From: Promethearchaeota archaeon
GTDB taxonomy: Archaea > Asgardarchaeota > Lokiarchaeia > Sigyniarchaeales > SOKP01
Assembly (NCBI GenBank): GCA_016930515.1
Contig: JAFGGO010000132.1
Location: 1-23,832, forward strand
Direction: 5' to 3'
Length of the DNA: 23,832 nucleotides
The notes below the pieces were generated by a model. That model was not told the origin of the DNA and searched no databases. It saw nothing but the letters and a program-made list of their open reading frames with translations. The translations under genes were made by a program, and so were the position numbers. Each line of letters opens with the position of its first letter. Within the stretch, counting starts at the first letter, position 1. This document shows positions 9,348 through 19,376 of this stretch, one piece after another.

Positions 9348-12152
9348 TTAACACTCATTTATAGTAAGGTCTCTTAAGATTTCTTCATCTGGTTTGAAGA
9401 CTAACCGTTCGTAAAGTTCTTCGAATATAACTATCGGTATTGTAGTGAGCAAGATCATGAGCCAATCCATCGGTTCTAGAGGGTATGTCTTTATAAAAAC
9501 TTGCATGAACGGCACATAAATCGCAAATAAAAGTAAAACAAAAGCTAAAAATGTCGCACCAATTAAAAGCTTGTTTTCAAAGAGTTTTTTTGAGAAAATT
9601 GTAGTCGATTGACTGATGGAAAGACATTGAGTTAATTGAAAAACGACGAGAGCGGCAAAAGTAATGGTTCTTTGTCTTGACAGATCAATTGCTAGAATAT
9701 CTATCGTTAAATTAAAGTCAAGGCTCCACATGAACAAAAATATACACGCAAATGCGTTGAGAAGTCCGAATAAGATTATAAAAACGATCATGTGCCTACT
9801 TAAAAGCGGTTCGTTCGGATTTCGTGGTTTTCTTTTCATTACATCGATTTCAGGAGGACTAACACCTAACGCAAGAGCAGGAAATGTGTCCGTGACCAAA
9901 TTAATATACAACAATTGAATTGCAACGATGGGAAGAATGCTATGGTTAAAAAAGATAAACCCAAAAACAACTATCAACACAACTGTTAAAACTTCTCCAG
10001 AATTCGCAGATAAAAGGTATCCGATGAATTTCTTGATATTATCGTAAATTCTTCGCCCTTCCCCAACAGCTTCAATAATATTAGCAAAATTATCGTCGAC
10101 CAAGATCATATCACTTGCTTCTTTGGCCACATCTGTACCCGTAATACCCATTGCAACACCTACATCCGCCCGCTTTAAGGCAGGAGCATCGTTTACACCA
10201 TCGCCCGTCATGATCACGATTTCGTCGTGTTTTTTTAGTGCGTTTATTATTCTGAGTTTATGGGAAGGATCTACTCTCGCAAAGATTTCAACTTCTTTTA
10301 AGACTTCTTCCAATTCCTCGTCAGACATTTTTTCCAACATGGTACCCGTAATAGGTTCAGTTCCACCGCAGATCCCAATTTCCGTGCCAATCGCTTTTGC
10401 GGTTGCCATGTGATCACCAGTTATCATTATCACTCGAATACCCGCTTGTTTGGCTTTCAGTACGGCCGGCCTTGACGATTCTCTGGCGGGATCAATCATA
10501 CCAACAAAACCGACGAAGGTTAATTTATCCTCAACCAATTTGCTGTCTTTTTTCTCATACAATTCGCCCGCTTCTTTATCATCAATATCTCGAAATGCAA
10601 ACCCTAAAATTCGATAGGCAAAATTTGCCGAGAATCGTTCGCTAATTTTAACGATTTTTTCTTTATTTTCAACTGTTAAAGGACTTTTTTCTCCATTTTC
10701 TATATATGAATCACAGAGATCAAGTAATATATCTAATGCACCTTTTACCATGATCTGGTGTTTACCTGTAGTCTTGTTCTTTGAAATGACGCTCATTCTC
10801 TTGCGATTGCTATCGAAGGGAAATAAATATTCGACATTCCATTTCTTCGAGATGAAATCGATGGTTTGCCCTTTCTCTGCCAAGATTAATAAAGCAACTT
10901 CAGTAGGATCGCCAAAAATCTTGTAAGGCTTGTCTTCAGCTTGAAATTCTACGGAAGCCTCATTTGCCAGGGTGGCAATTTCAATAAGGGATTCTAGCTC
11001 AGGTTTATAATCAGGTTCGATTTGCTTGGCACTTCCCGCTTTCATGATGTGTCCAATATTTATATAACCTGTTCCTGACACGTTATATTGCTGAGCCATT
11101 GTCCATAATAGAGTGACCGTCATTTCGTTTTTGGTTAGCGTACCCGTCTTATCCGTAGATATGATCGTGCTAGAACCAAGGACTTCCACGGCAGGAAGCT
11201 TTCGTATTAAAGCGTTTTGACGTGCCATTCGAGTAACTCCTATTGCCAGAGAGAGAGTCATTACCGCTGGAAGTCCTTCGGGGACTGCAGCAACTGCAAG
11301 TCCTATGGCAAAAATGAATAATTCCGTAAATTCTTCAATACCAACCAAAATGATTTCAATGATGAACATGGTTGCGGCTATAGCAACGATGAATATTGTC
11401 AATTGCTTTGCTAAATGTTTTATTTTTTTTTGAATAGGCGTGTCCTCTCTCCTAATGTCAGAAAGAGATGTCGCAATTTTTCCAAGTTCGGTGTTGAGTC
11501 CCGTAGAGATCACTAATCCTTTTCCCGATCCGCTGGATATGACAGTTCCCTTGTATAACATGTTTTTTCTTTCGGCTAAAGGAGTTTCCAAAGGCAATAG
11601 GTTTGTATCTTTTCGTACCGATAAAGATTCGCCCGTGAGTATTGCTTCGTTTACATTAATTTCGTATCCTTTTATTAATCGAAGATCAGCAGGAATGAGA
11701 TTTCCTGCCTCTAATAGAATGATATCTCCTGGTACTAAGAATTCTGCTTTCAATTTGACTTTTTCCTTATTTCTAAAAACGACAACTTCACTTTTTGATA
11801 AGGTTTTAAGCGATTCGATTGCCTTTTCAGCAGAAAATTCTTGATGAAATCCTAATGCTGCATTTAGAAGGATGACAACGATTATAGCGATAACTTCGAT
11901 CAACACGCTTTCATCACCCTCAATAATTCCGATTGTTGCCGTGATAATGCCTGCGACGATTAAAATAATAACCAACAAATCTTTAAATTGTGCGAGGAAA
12001 ATTTTAATTGGATTAATCTTTTCTCCAGTTTCTAATTCATTTTTTCCATATCGTTCTAATCGTTGCTCTGCTTCAATATTTATTAATCCACGCTCATCCG
12101 TGTCTAATTCTTTAAATAAATTTTCAATACTATTGTTGTGTGCTTCTACCAT
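9348..12152 (-). CDS. P-type ATPase, P2A (SERCA-like) Ca2+-transporting
   Basis: TGES, VAAVPEGL, DKTGT phosphorylation motif, KGA, MITGD, TGDGVNDAPAL, SANSGE (TM5) and NLVTD (TM6). Confidence 0.95.
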   Translation of the reverse strand: MVEAHNNSIENLFKELDTDERGLINIEAEQRLERYGKNELETGEKINPIKIFLAQFKDLLVIILIVAGIITATIGIIEGDESVLIEVIAIIVVILLNAALGFHQEFSAEKAIESLKTLSKSEVVVFRNKEKVKLKAEFLVPGDIILLEAGNLIPADLRLIKGYEINVNEAILTGESLSVRKDTNLLPLETPLAERKNMLYKGTVISSGSGKGLVISTGLNTELGKIATSLSDIRREDTPIQKKIKHLAKQLTIFIVAIAATMFIIEIILVGIEEFTELFIFAIGLAVAAVPEGLPAVMTLSLAIGVTRMARQNALIRKLPAVEVLGSSTIISTDKTGTLTKNEMTVTLLWTMAQQYNVSGTGYINIGHIMKAGSAKQIEPDYKPELESLIEIATLANEASVEFQAEDKPYKIFGDPTEVALLILAEKGQTIDFISKKWNVEYLFPFDSNRKRMSVISKNKTTGKHQIMVKGALDILLDLCDSYIENGEKSPLTVENKEKIVKISERFSANFAYRILGFAFRDIDDKEAGELYEKKDSKLVEDKLTFVGFVGMIDPARESSRPAVLKAKQAGIRVIMITGDHMATAKAIGTEIGICGGTEPITGTMLEKMSDEELEEVLKEVEIFARVDPSHKLRIINALKKHDEIVIMTGDGVNDAPALKRADVGVAMGITGTDVAKEASDMILVDDNFANIIEAVGEGRRIYDNIKKFIGYLLSANSGEVLTVVLIVVFGFIFFNHSILPIVAIQLLYINLVTDTFPALALGVSPPEIDVMKRKPRNPNEPLLSRHMIVFIILFGLLNAFACIFLFMWSLDFNLTIDILAIDLSRQRTITFAALVVFQLTQCLSISQSTTIFSKKLFENKLLIGATFLAFVLLLFAIYVPFMQVFIKTYPLEPMDWLMILLTTIPIVIFEELYERLVFKPDEEILRDLTINEC

Positions 12153-12334
12153 TTAAAAAATCACTTAAATATAATTTATTATTAACAAAATTGAACTCTA
12201 TTTATTGAAAAAAAAATAATATAAAACCGTTTATTAAATATTTCTTAATATTTTAAAAATTTCAAGTATTTTTTAAATAAAAAATGTTTAAAGTAAATAA
12301 TGATTCTTTTTTAATTGATCCCTACACGCTTGTC

Positions 12335-12784
12335 CTACTTGTGATGCGTAAATTCCTTACCATGCTCGTGAGTCTTTAGTATCTTATTTAATTTCATTAT
12401 AAGGAATAATATAATCAAGATCGATACAATCTCAATTATATTATAGATTACTACATACACGATAGAGATGTCGAGAGGATGATCTATAGTTGGAATAGTC
12501 ACCAATACATTAAACAGGATCATTCCAAATACCCCAATTACTAGCGAAATCCACAGGGAATTAATGCTAATTTTAAGGTAATCCATCCCAAGAGGCGTAT
12601 AATCACTTCTTGCTAGAAATGCTCCAATAATCACAAACAATGCTGCAAATAAGGACATGTAAAAGAATATAATAGCAACATCGTTAGATAAGCCTTCCAA
12701 GAATAATATTATTCCAATAAAGGGATCTAAAAGCATTATAATTCCAGTTAATAAACAAACATAAATTACGGTTTTTTCCTTCAT
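12335..12784 (-). CDS. Hypothetical membrane protein (about 4 TM)
   Basis: 149-aa ORF with four hydrophobic stretches and a charged C-terminal tail. Confidence 0.7.
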   Translation of the reverse strand: MKEKTVIYVCLLTGIIMLLDPFIGIILFLEGLSNDVAIIFFYMSLFAALFVIIGAFLARSDYTPLGMDYLKISINSLWISLVIGVFGMILFNVLVTIPTIDHPLDISIVYVVIYNIIEIVSILIILFLIMKLNKILKTHEHGKEFTHHK

Positions 12785-12973
12785 TTTTTCTCAATGAATA
12801 TTATAAATATTTATTGATCAAAATAAAAAAGATGATTTATAAAAGTATGGCTAATACAATATTATTTTTTCATATAAAGATTATTTAGGATAATTAAATT
12901 ATATTCCTTGTTTAATTAAATACATAAAAATATCATTCTAACGGCTCTAGTAAATTTAAAAGCGTTTATCAAC

Positions 12974-15103
12974 TCAAGACTCAATCGCAGAATATTCATA
13001 CGCACCGACATCAACACTTGAATCAGGGCCTAGTCTTTGGGTAAACGAAAAATCAAACCATGAGTTTAATTTATCAACATAGCCCATATTTCGAGCTGGA
13101 CTTGTTTGTTGCAGTCGAAGATTGGCGTCAAATCCATATTCGCTAAACAAGCCATCAGGACCGAGTAGATCGACAAACTCAGGATTTGCAAAACGACTTG
13201 AAAGGTCTTGATCAGTCTCGGATTGCCATTGCGATAATGTTAAGTACTGAGCTTCTGATTGAACTGCATTACCAATTTGGAAAAATTCTCCAGTATTGGA
13301 ACCATGACTAACATAAAATAAGTTATTATTGCAATGTATTTCTGGTAACACATCGTCAATGTCGTCAATGAGGATAAAGCGAGAATATTGGTTCGTACCG
13401 TTGATGTAAAATATGTTATTTTTTATATAAATTTCTTCGTGGTTTGAATAGCCAAACGGATGGGGAAAAACATCGCTATTGTTTAATACATTAATCATTG
13501 CGTTCATTTCGTAAATATTTCCAGAATATTGCACGTTTCGAGCGACAAGAGTATTTCCGATAATCTTGATGTTTTTACATGGCTTATTAGCACTAACGAT
13601 ATCAATGAGAGTTCCTGTAAATTCAGGGTTATTAGAGATTAAAATATTGTTTCGTACTATTATGTTTTCAGCGGCTCCGATGCTCAATAACATCTCGCCA
13701 TTGGTGATGACATTCCGTTCAAAGGTGATATCGCGAATGATTTGGTTCCACGGACCATTGGGTGCTAGCTGAACCAATAAATAATTATAGCGATCACCAC
13801 CACCATTGTGAACGCGCTCATCCGTTTCGGGATCTATCCACCCGTGAAAATAATTATCTGAGACTTGTATGTTATTGCTCGTGTAGTTGGTATTCCAATC
13901 TTCGCCTTCCTCTTGAAATCCACATATTCTAAGGGCGGTTCGTCCAAATGCAGGCCTTGAGAAATTATTACCCGAAATCACGCCCTTGTCGATGGCAGTA
14001 TAACCAATGTGATTTCCCGATAGATCAAAATAGTTGTTCAAACAAGCAAACCTTGACGCCCACACGGCAAACATTGTAGAGCTTAGATTGACATCGATAT
14101 ATGTGTTGCGGATGGAAGAATTAACTAAAAAGGTTCCCGTTCCCGTTTCTCGTTCCAAGTAATGACCGATGCAAAACAGATCGGAATACAAGTCTAGCGC
14201 TTCTACCCTCAAGAAGAGAATGTTTCTCGTTCCACCACCTTGAGCAAAAAAGAAAACGCCTGCTTTATGCCCGTTATAATCGTCAAACCTAAAATCAAGG
14301 TCAACGAAAGACACATGAGCAAGACCGATAGCATATTGGTGAATGATTATTGTATTATTTTCTCCACCGTATTGAATGATAGGTTTTTCGCCATTTCCAT
14401 AGGCACCGATTAAATAGCCCCAAGAAGGACATACACCGGGATTAATTCCAGATACATTTAATTCAAATATTTGACCTTTATTGAAGAGAATACTATCTCC
14501 AGGCTTATATAGATCTGTTGCCATTTCGGAAAATACCTTATCCGCAGTTCTCCAAGGTCCCTGCATTCCAGAGATGTGCGCTTGAGAAGTACCATCGTAA
14601 CTATCATTTCCAAGCTGCGAATCAACATAATATGTCGTTCCATCTCTTTCTAACACTTCAATAGAAATCGATGTAGAATTGGTATTTCCTATAGTATTCA
14701 TTATCGTTAGCGTTACATTATAAGTTCCAGGCCTTTCATACACATAAGCTGCGTTAAAACCGTGAAAAACGGGATAATCGTCCCCAAAATCCCAAGTATA
14801 ATCAACAATATCGTCTCTTGGCGTGGATCTCCAACCTTGAAAAAAGATTGCAAGAGGGGAATAAAATCTTGTTAAACTTGCGCCTGGAAAGCGTTCTGAG
14901 ATATTGATTGGATTTTGATCACCATCCAACCATTGATAATCATCAACCGTGATGATTGCCATTAGGGGAGTTTGAGTCGAAGTATCTTTATTTTCATTCG
15001 AAAAGACCAACATTATAACAGTAAAAATTGTAATAATTAAAATCACGCTCAGAATTGCACTCATTGCGATTTTTTTTCCGCGATCATGTTTTAGTTTCGT
15101 CAA
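12974..15103 (-). CDS. Membrane-anchored PKD + right-handed parallel beta-helix protein (pectin-lyase-like fold)
   Basis: N-terminal TM, then a PKD domain (YTWDFGD...PGTYNVTLT), a YYVDSQLGNDSYDG...PWRT cap and PGDSILF. Asn-rich repeats (NIIVRNNI, NIKIIGNT, IKNNIF) follow, ending in LRLQQTSPA...DVGAYEY. Confidence 0.8.
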   Translation of the reverse strand: MTKLKHDRGKKIAMSAILSVILIITIFTVIMLVFSNENKDTSTQTPLMAIITVDDYQWLDGDQNPINISERFPGASLTRFYSPLAIFFQGWRSTPRDDIVDYTWDFGDDYPVFHGFNAAYVYERPGTYNVTLTIMNTIGNTNSTSISIEVLERDGTTYYVDSQLGNDSYDGTSQAHISGMQGPWRTADKVFSEMATDLYKPGDSILFNKGQIFELNVSGINPGVCPSWGYLIGAYGNGEKPIIQYGGENNTIIIHQYAIGLAHVSFVDLDFRFDDYNGHKAGVFFFAQGGGTRNILFLRVEALDLYSDLFCIGHYLERETGTGTFLVNSSIRNTYIDVNLSSTMFAVWASRFACLNNYFDLSGNHIGYTAIDKGVISGNNFSRPAFGRTALRICGFQEEGEDWNTNYTSNNIQVSDNYFHGWIDPETDERVHNGGGDRYNYLLVQLAPNGPWNQIIRDITFERNVITNGEMLLSIGAAENIIVRNNILISNNPEFTGTLIDIVSANKPCKNIKIIGNTLVARNVQYSGNIYEMNAMINVLNNSDVFPHPFGYSNHEEIYIKNNIFYINGTNQYSRFILIDDIDDVLPEIHCNNNLFYVSHGSNTGEFFQIGNAVQSEAQYLTLSQWQSETDQDLSSRFANPEFVDLLGPDGLFSEYGFDANLRLQQTSPARNMGYVDKLNSWFDFSFTQRLGPDSSVDVGAYEYSAIES

Positions 15104-15553
15104 TTTGCCTATCCTATTCCCTCTTAAAGCTGGTGATGAAAATAATTAAAAGCTTTAATTAAAAATTATGATAAAATTCCAGATAAATACTTGATTTCAA
15201 GAAGTATCATTAGTAGTGTTTTAACCAAATAAATTAATAAGAAATAACCTTTCTAAAAGAGTATGTGGACATTCCTTTCAAAATTTGTTTAAGAATTTGG
15301 TTTTAAAGACTTCCTATGATAACATCAAGGAGGCGGTAAGATATGGACTTAACATTTGCATCTCACGCGTGAAAATAACATCTGTTTACTTGGAAGAATC
15401 CTTGAATGGAATAAAGGTGCTTTCGCTCGAGAATTCGTTGACCATGACCGTATTAACCAATTAATATTAACATTTCAGTTTTATGCCAGATCCATTTTTA
15501 TTATCACACATGGTATTACTATATAAGAGTCAACTAAATAATAAATAGACAAA

Positions 15554-16114
15554 ATGACGGAATTAAACTTAAAAATAACTCATAACGCAAGAATTCTCGT
15601 CCCGATCAACAATTCTCCTTTATATATGATTGTTGATCCCAATGATGAGATTTTTTACAGTTCCGAACTGAAGGCACATTACCATGGAACCACCTACGAT
15701 TTAAAATGGAAAACCCCAGCAATATTTTCGAGACGGGGAATGTACATCTTCATTCCGGGCAGACAAGATAAAGACAAGTTGGAGGGCGCCTTCGTTCCAT
15801 GGAGAAACATTAGAACGATTGACGAAACGCGTCTAAAAATATTTTTGGGAAAAAATAATCCATATAACTTCACAACATATCGCCAGACGATAATTCAAGG
15901 GGTTGAAACAAATGAAGAATTTCGAAAACGCATTGAAAATTTTAACAAGATCGCTTATCAACACATCATAAAGGACCATCGAGATTACATAAAATATCTC
16001 ATAAAACATAAAGACAACAAGAATGTTTATAAATCAAAATACGAAAAAAAAGCAAGAAAGTTACTTGCTATTGCAGAAGAGAGATATGCAGAACTTTTAA
16101 AAAGGAGCATTTAA
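15554..16114 (+). CDS. Hypothetical protein, possibly PH-like domain plus basic helical tail
   Basis: 186-aa ORF. AIFSRRGMYIF...FVPWRNIRTID resembles the bacterial-PH pattern; the fold call is weak. Confidence 0.6.
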   Translation: MTELNLKITHNARILVPINNSPLYMIVDPNDEIFYSSELKAHYHGTTYDLKWKTPAIFSRRGMYIFIPGRQDKDKLEGAFVPWRNIRTIDETRLKIFLGKNNPYNFTTYRQTIIQGVETNEEFRKRIENFNKIAYQHIIKDHRDYIKYLIKHKDNKNVYKSKYEKKARKLLAIAEERYAELLKRSI

Positions 16115-16241
16115 AATCTAATATCTCTTAAGAATAATAACATAATAATATATTTACTTTTAATTGCATTTTAAATGTAATTCATCTTATTGAAAAAATG
16201 GTTAAAATATTTATTTTCTCAATCTCGATCGTTCTGTAGAT

Positions 16242-18056
16242 TCATAATTCAAGATCCACAAATTCTAATCCGTAAAGATCGCACAAAAATAAGTCGATTT
16301 CGTTAATCCATTTCTTAACGGGACTATCTCCCAATCTTCCACGATTTTGCAAAGTTTTAGTAATATTTTCTACTTTTTCGCTTATTTTGATTTTTAATTG
16401 GGCGCTGGGTTTTATAATGGGCAAGTGCCTTATCATGTATTGGTTGAGGTTAATAGTCGTACCCTTTTGGTTGTTAATCCCATAAGTACAATAAAATTTT
16501 ATCAGCTTAGAATTAAGAACCGCACACAAGTATTTAAGTTCGTCCAAGTCTTCGTGAAGGAGCGAATATATCGAAGAGGTGAAACAAGCGTTTTCAAAGG
16601 TAAAAACGGCTTCGGGAACTATGGTATTGTGCTTGATGAGCAATCGTGGACCTTTATAAAACTCATAATTTGAACCTTTTAACATACTTGGATCGATTGT
16701 ATTGAGGGAAAACGATTTGCGCGCTTCAATTCGATACGGACTAAAATCTTGCTTTGCGTTAAGAAATAAGCAATTTCCAGAAAGATCATTTTTCAAGTTC
16801 TTCTTTACTTCTTTAAGTCCATCGTGTTCTTCTCCACGTATCATTCTTGGGAAGTTTCGTACATTCAGATAGTTTAAATCGCTTTTTTTTTCGATTTCAT
16901 CTATGATTTTTAATTGGGTGGAGGTAGCTTTTATCCTAATCCTGTTAAGCGACATAGCTTGAGATTTACAAAAAGGGCATTTTGTATTTATTACATAAGC
17001 GCGTATCTTTTTTACCTTCACGCACATGGGACATTCATCGTTTTTACAAATTCGGAGAGAATCGAAATTTTGGGAAGGATATTGGATTATTTTTTTTTTA
17101 GGATAATCAATAATGTCTAATTCTGCGTCCTGATCCGCTTTTTTCTCGTAAAGAACGACTTGCACCTCGTTTGTGGCTCTTTTAAAGTTATTTGGCCCGA
17201 TATCTACTATCGTCCTTATGTTAGCTTTCTGAAGCAAGTTGTTCCTAAATTTGACATAGTCTTGACGAATTAGAAAGCTTTTTGGTACTAAAAAACAAGT
17301 AGAGTATTCGCACCAATCTAAAGCTTTTATGAGAAACGCGCAGTATATATCTTTATAGAATAGATTTTGCTTTTTTAACAAGTCTTTTTTTGATGCTTCA
17401 ATTATATTTCCATAAGGAGGATTTCCGATAATTATATCAAATTTATGCATAATTTTGGTGAAAAGACTGTCAGCAACCTTCATTCGGGATTTTAATGCAG
17501 AAAATACTTCTTTATCGAATTTTTTACTGATAATGCTCGCCCACTCAAATAATTTCAAGACGCATAACTTAATAGCATTCTCGTTGATATCGAATCCATA
17601 AAGATTGTTAACAATTGCGTTTGAAATTATCGCATTCTTGGAATTTGGACACAGATTCTTTAAGATGTTAAATAAAAGTCTCATCACGCTAAGCAAAAAA
17701 ACCCCTGAACCGCACGCAGGATCGCAAAATGTTGTTTTCTTGAGGAGACAAAAAATGCGGTTTTTGGTTTGGTTGTCTAAACCGTAAATGTCTTCAATTT
17801 TTTCGAGTTCTACCGATGTCTCAATTTTTTGAATGTAAGATATTAACGCTAGAGAAACCATGTAATCTGCAATTTCTTGATTGGTGTAATATACACCCTC
17901 CTTTTTTCTTTTTCGGTATCTTTCAAGGAAGTCTTTTTCTGAAGAATGTAAAAAGGTGATTTTTTTTTTTATTTCTTCTATATTATTTTTTTCAAGATTG
18001 AGCTGGATTTTCTTAAAAAGAACAGGTAAATCAAGGATGTTGTCCAAATCGTTCAT
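16242..18056 (-). CDS. N6-adenine DNA methyltransferase (gamma class, Eco57I/TaqI-like) with C-terminal target-recognition domain
   Basis: GVYYT (motif X), DPACGSGVFL (motif I), LYGFDIN, FDIIIGNPPY (motif IV), and a TaqI_C-like YLCAVLNSKL...LPII...ID..L.DLYGL. Confidence 0.9.
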   Translation of the reverse strand: MNDLDNILDLPVLFKKIQLNLEKNNIEEIKKKITFLHSSEKDFLERYRKRKKEGVYYTNQEIADYMVSLALISYIQKIETSVELEKIEDIYGLDNQTKNRIFCLLKKTTFCDPACGSGVFLLSVMRLLFNILKNLCPNSKNAIISNAIVNNLYGFDINENAIKLCVLKLFEWASIISKKFDKEVFSALKSRMKVADSLFTKIMHKFDIIIGNPPYGNIIEASKKDLLKKQNLFYKDIYCAFLIKALDWCEYSTCFLVPKSFLIRQDYVKFRNNLLQKANIRTIVDIGPNNFKRATNEVQVVLYEKKADQDAELDIIDYPKKKIIQYPSQNFDSLRICKNDECPMCVKVKKIRAYVINTKCPFCKSQAMSLNRIRIKATSTQLKIIDEIEKKSDLNYLNVRNFPRMIRGEEHDGLKEVKKNLKNDLSGNCLFLNAKQDFSPYRIEARKSFSLNTIDPSMLKGSNYEFYKGPRLLIKHNTIVPEAVFTFENACFTSSIYSLLHEDLDELKYLCAVLNSKLIKFYCTYGINNQKGTTINLNQYMIRHLPIIKPSAQLKIKISEKVENITKTLQNRGRLGDSPVKKWINEIDLFLCDLYGLEFVDLEL

Positions 18057-18236
18057 TTTTGATCTATTATAATTTAAATTAATAAATTAAAACCGAGATA
18101 ATACTTATGTTTCGCGACTTTAGATATTTAAGTTAGATAAATGTTCTTTTCAAATACTATCTTAAGTATTCCTCGATGATGGTAATTATTTCTTAAGGAA
18201 TTCTAAATATCAGGAAACTTTATTGTATTTGAATTA

Positions 18237-18440
18237 CTACATTCCACCTTTTCTATAACGTTTATCGCTTGATGATGTTTGTTTGTTTTTACTAAGCTTG
18301 CTATAGATATATTTTATTAAAATAGCCACAATGGTTCCAACAATTGCTGCCACGATGGGGATGATAATCCCTTCATTGATTAAATCCTCGATAAAATTAT
18401 TTGTTATTAGGATTCCAAATAAGAAGCTCAAGAAAGACAT
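18237..18440 (-). CDS. Small single-pass membrane protein
   Basis: 67 aa with a strong TM segment (IIIPIVAAIVGTIVAILI) followed by a basic tail. Co-oriented between the GTPase and the methyltransferase. Confidence 0.5.
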   Translation of the reverse strand: MSFLSFLFGILITNNFIEDLINEGIIIPIVAAIVGTIVAILIKYIYSKLSKNKQTSSSDKRYRKGGM

Positions 18441-18529
18441 TCTACTAAAAAATAATTAAATAAATTAAATAAGGTTTAATAATTGAGCATTAAAGAGTAT
18501 TATATTTTTCTATTTGATATTAATCCAAT

Positions 18530-19141
18530 TTAAGATTGTGCATAATTTATCATTCCAGGTCTCATGAATTCATTATCGAGATAATTTTGAAAGACTAGCT
18601 CTAGCATTCGCTCAAATGCGCGAAGTATTCCTTCTCCGTTAGATGCAGTGGTGTAAATTACATCGAAATTCTTTATCTTGCTTTTTTCCACTTCTTTTGA
18701 AAATAATATCGGTGGAAACTTATTTGGTAAATCTTGCTTATTAAAACAAAGAATTATTGGTAAATTCTCAAATGCATTCTTGAAAGAATCGCGCAATTCT
18801 GACCAAAAGATTAAATTCCGTTCAAAAGCTTTTCTTCTTGAATCTGCAACAAAAAAAACTCCGTCTACGCCTTTTAATGTGATTGGGCGAGTTACTTCGT
18901 AAAAGTCTTGACCAGTTGTGCTATACATGTGTATTTTTAGCGTCCAAGACTCGTTTTGAAAGGTTAATATCCCATAATCAAAAAATAAGGTTCTTCCAAG
19001 CGAATTTTCGATGCTAAGTATTGTATTTTTCAATCCAAAATGATCGCAAAGCGATTTAAAGGATGTGGTTTTGCCAGATAAAGCTGGACCATAATAAACT
19101 ATTTTCATATTAAGCGTTTTTTCTAATAGATTTATTATCAT
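18530..19141 (-). CDS. MglA-like small GTPase (Ras/Arf superfamily)
   Basis: KIVYYGPALSGKTT (G1), RTLFFD (MglA-type G2 with intrinsic Arg), TTGQ (G3), GVDGVFFVADS, NKQD (G4) and TAS (G5). Confidence 0.9.
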   Translation of the reverse strand: MIINLLEKTLNMKIVYYGPALSGKTTSFKSLCDHFGLKNTILSIENSLGRTLFFDYGILTFQNESWTLKIHMYSTTGQDFYEVTRPITLKGVDGVFFVADSRRKAFERNLIFWSELRDSFKNAFENLPIILCFNKQDLPNKFPPILFSKEVEKSKIKNFDVIYTTASNGEGILRAFERMLELVFQNYLDNEFMRPGMINYAQS

Positions 19142-19205
19142 TTTATTTTAAGCACAAGTTTGTTTATAGATAGATGAAAATAGATTTAAAAAATCCCTCG
19201 TTTTT
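19117..19205. repeat. Direct repeat copy 1 (GTPase start region plus promoter-like element)
   Basis: ttttttctaatagatttat (19117-19135) and aaaatagatttaaaaaatccctcgttttt (19177-19205) both recur exactly within 20396-20477. Confidence 0.9.
19177..19205 (-). promoter_or_regulatory. Putative BRE/TATA promoter of the GTPase gene
   Basis: The minus strand reads aaaaacgagggaTTTTTTAAATcta, a purine-rich tract followed by a TATA-like box about 45-50 nt upstream of the ATG at 19141. Confidence 0.5.
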
Positions 19206-19376
19206 CTTGAATTTATTAAATATTTAGAACATGCAAGAAAAAATATATTAAAAGCTGCAAAAGCATATATGGAATTCAGATTTATTAAAAAAAATAGAAG
19301 ATAAATAAATTAGATTTTTTAATATTAGAACAGGACAAGTAAAAAGTATTGAATAAGATTACTTAAAGTGTATATT

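Noticed and set aside
8481-14643. Short ORFs overlapping the membrane protein, ATPase and beta-helix genes (8481, 9664, 10123, 10397, 11440, 11872, 13566, 14458)
   Set aside because: They lie within better-supported genes and are typical shadow ORFs.
15554-16114. Cognate restriction endonuclease for the adjacent methyltransferase
   Set aside because: No convincing PD-(D/E)xK, HNH or GIY-YIG motif is seen, and the sequence looks more PH-like. It cannot be fully excluded without HHpred.
16162-16182. Near-palindrome aattgcattt-t-aaatgtaatt between convergent genes
   Set aside because: It is very AT-rich and could easily arise by chance; too weak to call a terminator or operator.
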